A DNA stretch of 64,000 nt from positions 1 through 64,000 of the IMG/VR virus record IMGVR_UViG_3300028608_000011; one strand, given 5' to 3'. This document shows, in pieces, positions 45,444 through 54,726 of the stretch. Origin of the DNA: a virus. A program made the position numbers and the translations under genes. Under the pieces are notes generated by a model. That model had not been told where the DNA came from. It ran no database searches and saw only the letters and a program-made list of their open reading frames with translations. How positions within the stretch are numbered: position 1 is the stretch's first letter; every line of letters starts with the position of its first letter.

Positions 45444-48400
45444 CCTCCACCTCTTCGTCTTCGTCGGCTTCGATGTAGGTGGCCTTGCGGATCGGATCGA
45501 ACGGTTCCAGCACGTCCTTCTCCCAGATGTCGCGGCCTTCTTCCAGCGCCTCTGCGACAAATTTGGCCACGTTCTCTGGGCTGATGTCACGGCCCAGCTC
45601 CTGCACTCTACCCCAGTCACAGCCGATAGAAAACTCCGGTACTTGTCGAACTTTGTGCCCCGGAGGGGTTGACTCTTCCATGAACCGTCCGACCTCTTGG
45701 CAATACGCCAGAACGTCGTCCTTGTGTACCCACGACACGACTTCATCGTAGATCGGCGCGAAGAACACCATCCGCAGGCGATCCATGATCCCGCTGTCGG
45801 CGATCCGGGTCAGCACGATGCGCAACATCTGCGCGGCGCTGCCCTGGATGGTGGCGTTGGTGCCTTGGCGATGCTGCCGAGCGACCTTGCCGCCGTCGTT
45901 GCTGAAAATGTCCGGCGTAGCGTGACGCTTGGTGCCGAACGCTGTCAGCGTGAAGCCGTTCTTCTCCATGAAGCGGGCTGTCTCTTCCTGCCACGGGCGG
46001 ATCCGCCAGTACAGGGCCATGGTCTGCTCCAGCAGCTGTTTCGCTTCCTCGAATGGTGCGATGAGGTTGCGAGACAGGGTGCCAGCCCCGGCGCCGTAAG
46101 CCATGCCGAAGTTGATCGTCTTGGCCTTGCCGCGAATCGCCACCGCCAGCTTGTGCAGAGGGTGATCCTTGGTGTCCTTGGCCAGGCAGAACTCCATGTA
46201 GTCCATCTTCGCGATACCGGCGCCAGTCATACTGTGCAGGTCTTTCTCGTTGCCTGGTTCATACACCGACAGCATCACCGGGTCGTTGGCGAGGTTAGCC
46301 ATGAGACGGATCTCTTGGCCGTTGAAGTCGATCGCCACACACAAGTAGTCCTTGTTGGGTGGAATGTAGATCGACCGCATGACCTTGCCTTCGCCTTTCT
46401 TCGGCACCTGCAGGCTGTTCGGCGCGCTCGCCGTTGGCCGGGTGGTGTCGGTGCCCGCGTCGGTAACGATCGGGTGAACGTTGCCGTCTCGGTGACGCCA
46501 CATCGGGTACTTGTCGTGGAACAGGCTGCAGCGTGTGCTGGCCGACTTCACCACTCGCAGTACCTGCAGCGCTTCCCGTTGCCAGCAGTCGTTCGGCACA
46601 TCGTTAGCCAGCGCGGTGAGGATCGCTTGCTCATCGGTGGATGGGCCTGCTTCCTTGATGCCGATGGACAGCCGACCTTTGCCTGGCGACTTGCCACGCA
46701 GCCGCACCGGCACGCCAATCTTGCAATACAGCAGTTGCTGCATCTGTGCCGGGCTGCCCACGTTCAGTGGATCGCCGAACTGCACAGTCCGCGGCTCAAC
46801 CCCGGCCAACCGCTGAATCAGCTCAGCCAGCTTGTCAAAAGTCTTTTCCGCGGCTTCCAGCTTGGCACCGTCGGTGTCTTCTGCCGACTCCGACTCTTCT
46901 GCTTTGCGACGTAGGTCACCCATTTTCAGGCAGCCGGCGTTCACCGCCGCGGCGATCATATCGACAACTTCGGCCTGCTCCTTGGTGAGTTTCCACTCAT
47001 CGCGGAAGCCTGCCGCGCCCGCCGCGTCGAACCACTCGGTGATTGCTTTGAGCGTTACCTTCTCGATCTCAGGCAACCCCACCGCCTTGAAGGCCGGATT
47101 CAACTGCAGAGGCGTGAAGGCAAACGTCGGCATCACCGACTCTTCGCGGTACGGCGTGTACTGGCAGGCTGCTTCGACCTTCTTGCGCCACTCTGCGACC
47201 TTGGCCCCGGCCTGATCCACGTCACCATCAGCTTTCTTCTTGGCCGAGCGGAACATGTAGTCCTTCTCGGCTTCGATCAGCGACTTGGCGCCTTCCGTGA
47301 TGTTGCCGGTGACGTTCTTCTCAAGGATCTCGCGAAGCTCGATCATGCCGACGCGGATGGTTTCCAGATCCTTGGTATGGATGCGCTTCTGCAGTGCCCA
47401 GTTCATGTTCGAACCAGCCACGTAGGCACGCTGCAGCACTTCGGTTGGGCGCACTGCCCACTGCTGGTAGAAGTCCCACTGCCCATCCAGTTGCAGCAAC
47501 AGCTGCAGCAGGTCGTGCAGGTGGCCGGTCACCAGGCTGTCATCGGTGCCGTAGGTGAAGGTTTCATCGGCGGTCAGCTCGCACATCATCCGCACGCCTT
47601 GCCCACCGTTACCGGCGGCCAGCGTGTCGGCGAAGGAGGTCTGCTCGTAAGCCAGGTAGTTCAGCGAGATCGCCTTCAGGCCCGCTTCCATGTTTTCGTC
47701 GTAGAACCGCTGCATCATCCGGGTGTCTTGGATGTTTTTCAGCCAGACACCGAGGTTGGTGTGCGAGACCACGCCTTCAAACAAGGCGTTGTGGGCGATC
47801 CGGGTAGTGTGCTCGCCGGCGAATTCCAGAATTTCCAGAATCACCGAGTTGTTCACGTTGGCGCTATCGCGGTGATCCACTGGAATGTAGATCACGTTCT
47901 CCAGATGTCGGCCGAACTGGAACGAGGCACCTGCCAGCTCCTGGCTGAGCATGTCGACGAAGTTGTTGCCCGCCTGAGACGCGCGGCGGAAGTCAGCGAT
48001 CGGGTTCTTGTCCGAGGACTCATAGTCGAACGCGGTCTTGTCGCCTGCTTTGATCTCCTCGAAGATCGCCTCGCGCATCTCGGGCCAGTTGCTGGCGTCG
48101 ACGATCATCGGCACCGGCATCAGGTGGCTGTACTCAGCCTCCCACATATCCTCGCAGCCAACTTCCTTGAGGCAGTTGTACAGCTCGGTGGCGTTCGGCA
48201 CGCGCTTGTGGATCTTCGGCTTGGTCAGCTTGCGCTGGCGAGGTTTCCAGCACAGGTCTGGCTTCAGGTTGGCCAGGCGCCAGCCCATCTTCCAGTCCGC
48301 GAAGTTCTCCTTCAACTTGATCAGGATCTTGTCGCCGGAGGCTTCAATGGTCTCGTCGAGCAGGTCGGTGTTGCCACTTTCGACGATCTCGCACAGCTGC

Positions 48401-49080
48401 TCCAGGCCGTCCACGTCGTACAGCTCCAGCAGCTTCAAGACTTTTGCCGGGCCGAGACCCGTCACGCCTTTATAGTTGTCGGAGTCGTCGCCCATGATTG
48501 ACTTGGCGAAGCTGGTGAAGCGGTATGGCAGGCCCGCCAGCTTGTGCCCTTCGGGGTACACGCCGTCGGCGCCGTAGTGAGCCACGTTCTTCAGGGTGAC
48601 GATGGTGTCACCGTCCACCAGCTGCAGCATGTCTTCGTCGACGGTGTGGATGTCCTTGGCACCCTTCACCATCTGGCAAACCCAGGCAATCAGGTCATCC
48701 GCTTCAACGCCTTCAACGAACATCTGGGTCGCGCCCAGCGCCGAGAAGAAACGCTTGGCCCACGCCATCAGCAGTTTGTACTGCTCGATCTCGATGGGGC
48801 TTTTGTTCTCGTCCTTCTTTTCCTTCTGGCCTTTGTAGGCCGGGTAGAGCCCGAGTCGATAGGCTTTGCCTGCGTCGTGGGCAACCAGCATTTCACGCGG
48901 TGACGCGCCCTGTTCCAGCATTGGGCGGATGTAGCGGGTGAGGAAGTCGGCAGCCGCCGCTTCCCATTCCGCGAACTTGCGATCCAGCTTCACGCAGTGC
49001 AGGGTCTTGTCGCTGACCCCGTAATAAGCGTGTTTAACTGTGGCTCGGAAGTCGATGATTTGTAGAGGGTATTTGTTCAT
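45424..49080 (-). CDS. DNA polymerase family A with 5'-3' exonuclease, 3'-5' exonuclease and polymerase domains
   Basis: EADD, GDDSDNYKGVTGLG (flap endonuclease); FDYE, HNALFE, Y...D (proofreading); DFNGQEIR, RGKAKTINFGMAYG, IQGSAA, YDE. Confidence 0.95.
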   Translation of the reverse strand: MNKYPLQIIDFRATVKHAYYGVSDKTLHCVKLDRKFAEWEAAAADFLTRYIRPMLEQGASPREMLVAHDAGKAYRLGLYPAYKGQKEKKDENKSPIEIEQYKLLMAWAKRFFSALGATQMFVEGVEADDLIAWVCQMVKGAKDIHTVDEDMLQLVDGDTIVTLKNVAHYGADGVYPEGHKLAGLPYRFTSFAKSIMGDDSDNYKGVTGLGPAKVLKLLELYDVDGLEQLCEIVESGNTDLLDETIEASGDKILIKLKENFADWKMGWRLANLKPDLCWKPRQRKLTKPKIHKRVPNATELYNCLKEVGCEDMWEAEYSHLMPVPMIVDASNWPEMREAIFEEIKAGDKTAFDYESSDKNPIADFRRASQAGNNFVDMLSQELAGASFQFGRHLENVIYIPVDHRDSANVNNSVILEILEFAGEHTTRIAHNALFEGVVSHTNLGVWLKNIQDTRMMQRFYDENMEAGLKAISLNYLAYEQTSFADTLAAGNGGQGVRMMCELTADETFTYGTDDSLVTGHLHDLLQLLLQLDGQWDFYQQWAVRPTEVLQRAYVAGSNMNWALQKRIHTKDLETIRVGMIELREILEKNVTGNITEGAKSLIEAEKDYMFRSAKKKADGDVDQAGAKVAEWRKKVEAACQYTPYREESVMPTFAFTPLQLNPAFKAVGLPEIEKVTLKAITEWFDAAGAAGFRDEWKLTKEQAEVVDMIAAAVNAGCLKMGDLRRKAEESESAEDTDGAKLEAAEKTFDKLAELIQRLAGVEPRTVQFGDPLNVGSPAQMQQLLYCKIGVPVRLRGKSPGKGRLSIGIKEAGPSTDEQAILTALANDVPNDCWQREALQVLRVVKSASTRCSLFHDKYPMWRHRDGNVHPIVTDAGTDTTRPTASAPNSLQVPKKGEGKVMRSIYIPPNKDYLCVAIDFNGQEIRLMANLANDPVMLSVYEPGNEKDLHSMTGAGIAKMDYMEFCLAKDTKDHPLHKLAVAIRGKAKTINFGMAYGAGAGTLSRNLIAPFEEAKQLLEQTMALYWRIRPWQEETARFMEKNGFTLTAFGTKRHATPDIFSNDGGKVARQHRQGTNATIQGSAAQMLRIVLTRIADSGIMDRLRMVFFAPIYDEVVSWVHKDDVLAYCQEVGRFMEESTPPGHKVRQVPEFSIGCDWGRVQELGRDISPENVAKFVAEALEEGRDIWEKDVLEPFDPIRKATYIEADEDEEVEVENIAD

Positions 49081-49082
49081 GG

Positions 49083-49358
49083 TCACTCCTGAATGAAGAG
49101 GGCGTGCAGTACGGACCCTCCCCCTTGGAGCTGGCACGTACCCAGGTTGCAGTAGTTCTTGCTTGGGTCGAGGTCTTCGCCGGTTACCGCGACATAGATT
49201 TCGGCTGGGACAGTGCGCTGTGTATCGTCTACCAGTGTCCACAGCTGCAACGGCTCCACTTGCCCTGCCTGATGCTGAACTGTGGTATCAGCCGACAGGC
49301 CGCCGGGGACGTGGATAACATTCATGCCTACATTCAGACCGTACTTGAGCATCTTCAT
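49083..49358 (-). CDS. hypothetical protein (91 aa)
   Basis: SD GGAGG; QLWTLVD...TG...LGT.Q...HA motif common in small phage proteins. Confidence 0.7.
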   Translation of the reverse strand: MKMLKYGLNVGMNVIHVPGGLSADTTVQHQAGQVEPLQLWTLVDDTQRTVPAEIYVAVTGEDLDPSKNYCNLGTCQLQGGGSVLHALFIQE

Positions 49359-49360
49359 GG

Positions 49361-49969
49361 TCAAACCTCCGGGAACGCTTTGAAAATAATCTGCAGGCAC
49401 TGCGCCTGATAGCGGGCATCATCCAGCGCATCATGGGCGACACCGCCTTCCCGATCCGGCATGTACAGCCCGCGGGACTCTGCGAACTCCACAAGCGTGC
49501 GCTGGTCACGAACTTTACGAAACGAGTAGGGGACAGCGATACCCTCTCGCTTGTGTGCCTCTTCCAGCCACACGCTGTCACGGTCACCTCGTATCCACAG
49601 CTCACCGGTGAAGTTTGAGTTTCGGCCAATCGGCGTGGTGTCAGCCTGCAGCCATTGCCAGAGGGCGCGAAGGGCGTTGCCGAGGCTGATCCCGCCCTTT
49701 CCTTCCAGCGCAACTTGCTGCGTATTCCGGCTCTGTTCCAGCCACCAGTAGAAAGTGCTTGGGTCTATCGGTGCCTGGCCTTCCAGATTCACCGCGACAT
49801 GGAACTCGTTGCTCACTCCCGCAGGCGGCCCAGCCAGTACCTGATTGGAGGGGTTGGGCGAGAAGCGCACCGCGCCGATCGCAATGATCGGCGCGGCAGG
49901 CCCGAGGCCCGCAGTTTCCAGGTCAATCGACACCGGGTATTCAGCGATGCTCTCGTAGTACATCGTCAC
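49361..49969 (-). CDS. DEDD 3'-5' exonuclease (exoribonuclease-like)
   Basis: IDLET, IIAIGAV, TFYWW..Q, RDQRT, HDALDDA. Confidence 0.85.
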   Translation of the reverse strand: MTMYYESIAEYPVSIDLETAGLGPAAPIIAIGAVRFSPNPSNQVLAGPPAGVSNEFHVAVNLEGQAPIDPSTFYWWLEQSRNTQQVALEGKGGISLGNALRALWQWLQADTTPIGRNSNFTGELWIRGDRDSVWLEEAHKREGIAVPYSFRKVRDQRTLVEFAESRGLYMPDREGGVAHDALDDARYQAQCLQIIFKAFPEV

Positions 49970-50655
49970 TCTCCTGTCAGGGCGTTCCAGCTGTACGGGA
50001 AGAGGCTCTGCATGATCGGGCCGATCTCGCTGAACAGATCGTTCACTTCGCCCTGAGCGTGAGAGTCGGTGCGTTTGGCGTAGGCCGCGGCGTAGGCGTA
50101 AAGGCTGCCAGTCCAGTACCAGTTCACTTCGCAGCCCTGCGGAAGGGCGAAGCGGGCCTGCTCAGGCGCCACGCCCTGCTTCACCAGATCCTCGTAGAAC
50201 TTGATCATGTCCTCGCAGCGTTGTTTGTACGCCAGAAGCAGGGCAGTGCTGTCAGGGTGAGGCCCAGCACTGCCCTGTTTGACCTTGTCACCATCGGGAG
50301 CCAGGCGGAACTCTTTTGGCACAAACAACACCGGGCGATCGCTGATGTAGCGGCGGCTTTCTTCGTTCTCGACGAAGCCGACCTTGTGCTTGAAGCACTG
50401 GGTACGGATCGGCACCGGCGCCGACATTTTCAGGGTGATCGAGGTGTGCGCGAATGGCGTCCAGTGGCCGTGCTTGGCTAGGTAGTTGATCAGCGCCTCG
50501 TGGGAGCGAACTTTCACGCCCTGCTCAACCGACAAAGCTTCTGCTACCGCTTCGGTCAGGAACATCTGCACCGAATCGTCGTTGGCGAAGCTGACCTTGG
50601 CAGCGCGGACAACCGACAGGTCGTTGCCCATGTGGTCGATATATTCTGCTTTCAT
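49966..50655 (-). CDS. thyX: FAD-dependent thymidylate synthase
   Basis: VRAAKVS, HGHWTPF, KHK...NEESRRY, EQARFALP, HAQGE. Confidence 0.93.
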   Translation of the reverse strand: MKAEYIDHMGNDLSVVRAAKVSFANDDSVQMFLTEAVAEALSVEQGVKVRSHEALINYLAKHGHWTPFAHTSITLKMSAPVPIRTQCFKHKVGFVENEESRRYISDRPVLFVPKEFRLAPDGDKVKQGSAGPHPDSTALLLAYKQRCEDMIKFYEDLVKQGVAPEQARFALPQGCEVNWYWTGSLYAYAAAYAKRTDSHAQGEVNDLFSEIGPIMQSLFPYSWNALTGE

Positions 50656-50966
50656 TGTCCGAGCCCCTTGCGGTTGCCAAAAGTGTTTACCGAACCGTCA
50701 TCGTTCCAGATCGGGACGCCGCCTACCGCCACCATGGCCCGGTTCATCTGGTCTCGATCCAGAACCTCACCCTTCAGCTCACTGTTTGGGTGGCTGCACA
50801 GAATAAGGCTGCGTTTTGGGTTGGCCGTGCCGGGAGTTCGGCTTCGAAGGAGTTCGCCGTCGTCGAAAACCCGGTCACAGTTGAAGTGCTTCTTCAGCGC
50901 TTCCTTGAAATGCGTCTTGCCGGTCGCAGCCGGCGAGCAAAAGATGATGTTCATTCCGTGCTCCAT
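50652..50966 (-). CDS. hypothetical protein with P-loop-like N-terminus
   Basis: SPAATGKT; ATGA overlap with thyX. Confidence 0.6.
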   Translation of the reverse strand: MEHGMNIIFCSPAATGKTHFKEALKKHFNCDRVFDDGELLRSRTPGTANPKRSLILCSHPNSELKGEVLDRDQMNRAMVAVGGVPIWNDDGSVNTFGNRKGLGQ

Positions 50967-50974
50967 GTTCCAAT

Positions 50975-51000
50975 AAAAAGCCCCCGCCTATGGCAGGGGC
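50975..51000 (-). terminator. Rho-independent terminator
   Basis: GCCCCTGCC/GGCGGGGGC stem followed by T5 on the - strand. Confidence 0.6.
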
Positions 51001-51012
51001 GCGGCGGACTTT

Positions 51013-51279
51013 TTAGCCCCGCGGGGCGTCACGGCTTGGGCCACCGTTCTTGTCGCCCTGCACGGACTTACCGGTGATACCGTCACCAACGATATCGACG
51101 CGGCCGGTGTCGAACCACTGGGTAGGCTCAATCTTGCCCTCGGCGTTCACCTTGGGGGCCAGGCCGTACTGATCGCAGCCGGTGATGTAGCTGCAGCAGG
51201 CCGTGATGATGCCGGTGAAACCGGTGATCTTGTCCTGGCCTTCTTTGCCCAGGTTTTCGCGTGGGTTGGCGGTGCTCAT
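51013..51279 (-). CDS. hypothetical protein (88 aa)
   Basis: SD GGAGG; D.ITGFTG...YITGC.QY...WFD motif common in phages. Confidence 0.75.
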   Translation of the reverse strand: MSTANPRENLGKEGQDKITGFTGIITACCSYITGCDQYGLAPKVNAEGKIEPTQWFDTGRVDIVGDGITGKSVQGDKNGGPSRDAPRG

Positions 51280-51281
51280 GA

Positions 51282-51926
51282 TTACTGACCCTCCGATTTG
51301 TCAGCGCGAGCCTGCGCGGCTTCGTCGCTGTAGCCGTTCTTGTAGCGCTTGCCCAGCAGCTTCACCTTGTTGGCCAGCTGCGCTTCGCCCAGGCTGGTTT
51401 GAATGCCGTTCAGCAGGCCCACGATGTAGAAAGTAGCATCGCCCGCTTCCTCGCGGACGTTCTCGCCGTCCAGCTCAGCGCCGAGGACGTGGCTGACCAC
51501 CTGCTCGAGCATTTCAGCAGCTTCACCGGCCAGGCCTACCGCCATATGCAGCATGTGCATTTTTTCCGGGGTCAGGCCTTCGAAGGCTTCGCCCAGGCCT
51601 TGGCTACTCGGCAACTTGAACGATTCAGGGTCTGCGCCATCGACCGGAGGTTTGTTGTAGACGATGACTTTCTTGGCGGCGTCGAGCTGATTGCCCTTGT
51701 TGACGATGGCGGTACACAGGGTCAACAGCTGCAGAAAACCGGTGAACTTCAGGGTGTCCAGCATCGCTTGGCCGGGCTTTGCCAGCTCTCGCACCATGCC
51801 AGAGAAGCTGTGTTCAGCGATGCGCTGGCGGTTCTCTTCCGGGATATCGGAAAGGATCGCCGCGTTGCGCTCTTGAGAGAGTTGTTCGAAGGTTGAGGCC
51901 AAAGCTTGGTTGACTGGCTGGTTCAT
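51282..51926 (-). CDS. MazG-like nucleotide pyrophosphohydrolase
   Basis: GLAGEAAE...EEAGD..FY...N..KL..RY...YSD..A..RADK. Confidence 0.8.
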   Translation of the reverse strand: MNQPVNQALASTFEQLSQERNAAILSDIPEENRQRIAEHSFSGMVRELAKPGQAMLDTLKFTGFLQLLTLCTAIVNKGNQLDAAKKVIVYNKPPVDGADPESFKLPSSQGLGEAFEGLTPEKMHMLHMAVGLAGEAAEMLEQVVSHVLGAELDGENVREEAGDATFYIVGLLNGIQTSLGEAQLANKVKLLGKRYKNGYSDEAAQARADKSEGQ

Positions 51927-51951
51927 AGGTCTGTCTCGAAAATTTTTGAAT

Positions 51952-51982
51952 AAAAAGCCCGGCAGGATCACCGGCCGGGCTT
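51952..51982 (-). terminator. Rho-independent terminator
   Basis: AAGCCCGGC/GCCGGGCTT stem followed by Ts on the - strand. Confidence 0.7.
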
Positions 51983-51999
51983 CAGTTCAGAGCGCGGTG

Positions 52000-52923
52000 T
52001 TACTCAACCTTGCCGATGGCCTTGAAGTTCCACGGGCGGAAAGCTTCTTCGCCGGTGCCGATCTTCTTGCCCACGGTGCAGTTGATGAGCAGTTCACCCG
52101 GAGTGCAGCCGAACTTGCGGATACCCACTGCGAACGCACCGGAGAGGCGATCCTTCGACGCCGGTGGAATCGACAGCGAGACCATCTGGTCATCGAACTC
52201 GTCGTCACGGTTCTTGATCTGAGCCATGCCTTCGATATAGGTCTTGATTTCCAGAGGGTGGCCTTCCACGCCGTAACCGTCACCGCGCCACTCGGCCAGA
52301 GTTTCTTCGGCGCTGGTGCCGTCGGTGAAGGTCAGACCTTTAGGGTCGTAGCTGTAGAACATTTCAGCGCCGTTGCCCGGGAACTGGCGGACGATGTAGA
52401 TCGAGCGGGTGCTGAAGATCTGCACGTCTACCGAATCACCCAGGTTGGTTTCTTCGCTGCCCAGCTGGAACTGACCTTCGGCCAGCTTCATGCGGTCAAA
52501 CGACATACCGGTGAGGTTCAGGCCTTCAAAGCCTTGCGCGGCCATTTCTTCCTGGAACTGCTTGGCTGCGCCCGCTTGGCGTTCAGTGTTCGACAGAGCC
52601 ACGCCGCTTTCAGTTTTCACTGCCACTTCCTGCGGCTTGATCTGCTCCGGCTCGATTTCTGCTTCCGGCTCTGCGGCGGCGGTGGTGGCGGTGGCTTCAG
52701 GTTCCACTACCTGAGCGTCATCGGCTTCAGCATCCTTGTCTGCGCCTTCATTGGCCAGCGCCTGGTCGTTTTCTTTTTCCAGCAGTTCGCCTTCCTTGAC
52801 CTGCGAATCCTTCGCAGTTTCGACTACCGCTTCCTTGACGGTTTCGGTTTCCTTCACCGCGGTCTGTGCGGTGGTTTGTACTTCGGTGGTTTCTGCCGGT
52901 GCTGCTGCGCGTTTCAGTGCCAT
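52000..52923 (-). CDS. highly expressed acidic protein, possible ssDNA-binding protein
   Basis: about 110-aa Glu/Ala/Thr low-complexity N-terminus, aromatic beta-rich C-terminus, own terminator, position in the replication block. Confidence 0.5.
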   Translation of the reverse strand: MALKRAAAPAETTEVQTTAQTAVKETETVKEAVVETAKDSQVKEGELLEKENDQALANEGADKDAEADDAQVVEPEATATTAAAEPEAEIEPEQIKPQEVAVKTESGVALSNTERQAGAAKQFQEEMAAQGFEGLNLTGMSFDRMKLAEGQFQLGSEETNLGDSVDVQIFSTRSIYIVRQFPGNGAEMFYSYDPKGLTFTDGTSAEETLAEWRGDGYGVEGHPLEIKTYIEGMAQIKNRDDEFDDQMVSLSIPPASKDRLSGAFAVGIRKFGCTPGELLINCTVGKKIGTGEEAFRPWNFKAIGKVE

Positions 52924-53034
52924 GATCGTTGTCTCTCTAAGTTAATTAGGTTTCGGTTCATCATCATTTTCATCGGCAACTAGCGAGGAATCCGCTAGCG
53001 CAGGCTGATTTATACAGAGACGCCCAACCCTCTG

Positions 53035-54726
53035 TCAACCGAGTAATTCGTGGAGCAAGTCGTGCTTGTCCTTGATCGCTCGGTTGTTGCTTTCCTCGTT
53101 CGCCAACAACGACTTGAAGTTCTTGTCGGACAGTGTCCGCAATACCCTCATGAAGTACACGTTGACGATGTTGATCTGCCCCTTGCGGTCAGCCCTTGCG
53201 ATTGCCTGCTTCGCCGCTTTTGGCGACGTCGGGCACTCGTAAAAGATGATGTAGCCGGCGACCTGCAGGTTCAGCCCTGCGCCGCCGGATACCCACTGGA
53301 TGATTATTGTGTCGCACTCATCATCGCTTTGGAACTTGTCCAGCTGCTCCTGTCTGTTGTCGATCCCGCCGTAGATGATCGCCACCTTACGGTGAGCAAA
53401 CTGCATGGCGAGCCCTTCAATAGCCTGCCTGTAAAACGCGAAGATGATCAGCTTGCGGCCTGGGCCGGGGTTGATCGTCTCCACCAGCTGTCCAGTTGCC
53501 TTTGCCAGTTCGTCACACTCTGTAAGGGTGGGGTCGAATTTGGTTGGGCAGCTGATCAGCTGCAAGGCCAGGTGCCGCAAAGCGCTGGCGCTGTCCGGCG
53601 CCAGAACCCGGTCGCCGAGGACTGCAAAGCGATCGCGGATCACCTGCTGATAGAGCTTCAAGTGGCGTCCGGACAGCCTCACCGGCACCTCGCTGATGAT
53701 CGGCTCAGGCATCTGGATGACGTCACGCTTCTGCACCCGGTGAGCATTTTTCCAGAGCGAGTCGTAGATCTTTTCGACGTCCTTGTAGCCGACGATGTTC
53801 TTGATCTTCTTGCTCTTGCCATTCGGCAGCGGGACTTTGAACTCCTCGATCTCGCAGTGCTGCCGGATGAACGACGCCTTATTCAGGTAGGCGCCGGGGT
53901 TGATCAGCCTGATCAGGCCATAGGCATTGTGCAGGTGAGTCGGGATCGGCGTGCCGGTGAGGACGTACAGCGCGACCTCGTCCTTCAGCCTCATGCTCAT
54001 CTCGTACACCGACTCGGAAAGGATTGAGTCCATCCCGCATAGCGCATCGCCCTCATCAAAGAACTGCACATGGTAGTTCTGATGGTAGAGCAGCATCTGC
54101 TTGGGATTCGGCGCGGTGCCATTCTTCGGATTGATCATCCGGCCGTCCTTGGTGTACGGCTGGGCGCCGGGGAAGCGCGGATCGCCCTTGTTGTCCCCTT
54201 CTTCAATGAAATAGCTGGTAGCGAATTCTTTTTTCGTACCTATCTCTTTGATATTCCTTATTTTCCACAGATTATTTCCGATGTTTTTCCGTGGGTGCTT
54301 GGCGTTGTACATGCGGTAGATGTCGTAGGACATGACCAGAATATCTGGCCAGCCTTCGACGTCCCAGCGGGCTTCCTTTTTCTTTTTCTTGTCCGCGCTG
54401 CAGTCCAGATCCTCGATCTTCAGGTGCTTGCTGACACCGGGAAAGAACACCTCGAACTCAGCCATGAACTGCGGGATCAGCCCGGGCAGAGTGGTGAACA
54501 CCACCCGGTTGCCCATGGCTGCCATGAAAATTGCGTGAACCTGAGCTGGGTAGGTCTTGCCTGCGCCTGGCTCAGAAAAATCCCCGTAACGATCGTTCCA
54601 GGGGTAGATCTTGATCATGTCGAGTTGATGCGGCATGGGCCAGTTGGGTAGCTCTATCTGGCTGAACCAGTCGGGGTGGTTGCCCACCCCGACCTCGAGC
54701 ATCAAGTCGTGAAGACTTCTGCTCAT
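53035..54726 (-). CDS. SNF2-like superfamily 2 helicase
   Basis: EPGAGKT, FFDEGD, LTGTP, GAGLNLQ, QAIARADRKGQ. Confidence 0.88.
   Translation of the reverse strand: MSRSLHDLMLEVGVGNHPDWFSQIELPNWPMPHQLDMIKIYPWNDRYGDFSEPGAGKTYPAQVHAIFMAAMGNRVVFTTLPGLIPQFMAEFEVFFPGVSKHLKIEDLDCSADKKKKKEARWDVEGWPDILVMSYDIYRMYNAKHPRKNIGNNLWKIRNIKEIGTKKEFATSYFIEEGDNKGDPRFPGAQPYTKDGRMINPKNGTAPNPKQMLLYHQNYHVQFFDEGDALCGMDSILSESVYEMSMRLKDEVALYVLTGTPIPTHLHNAYGLIRLINPGAYLNKASFIRQHCEIEEFKVPLPNGKSKKIKNIVGYKDVEKIYDSLWKNAHRVQKRDVIQMPEPIISEVPVRLSGRHLKLYQQVIRDRFAVLGDRVLAPDSASALRHLALQLISCPTKFDPTLTECDELAKATGQLVETINPGPGRKLIIFAFYRQAIEGLAMQFAHRKVAIIYGGIDNRQEQLDKFQSDDECDTIIIQWVSGGAGLNLQVAGYIIFYECPTSPKAAKQAIARADRKGQINIVNVYFMRVLRTLSDKNFKSLLANEESNNRAIKDKHDLLHELLG

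Noticed and set aside
46780-54305. Inteins or introns explaining the polymerase and helicase insertions
   Set aside because: No Cys/Ser start with His-Asn end, no LAGLIDADG or HNH motifs, and reading frames are uninterrupted.
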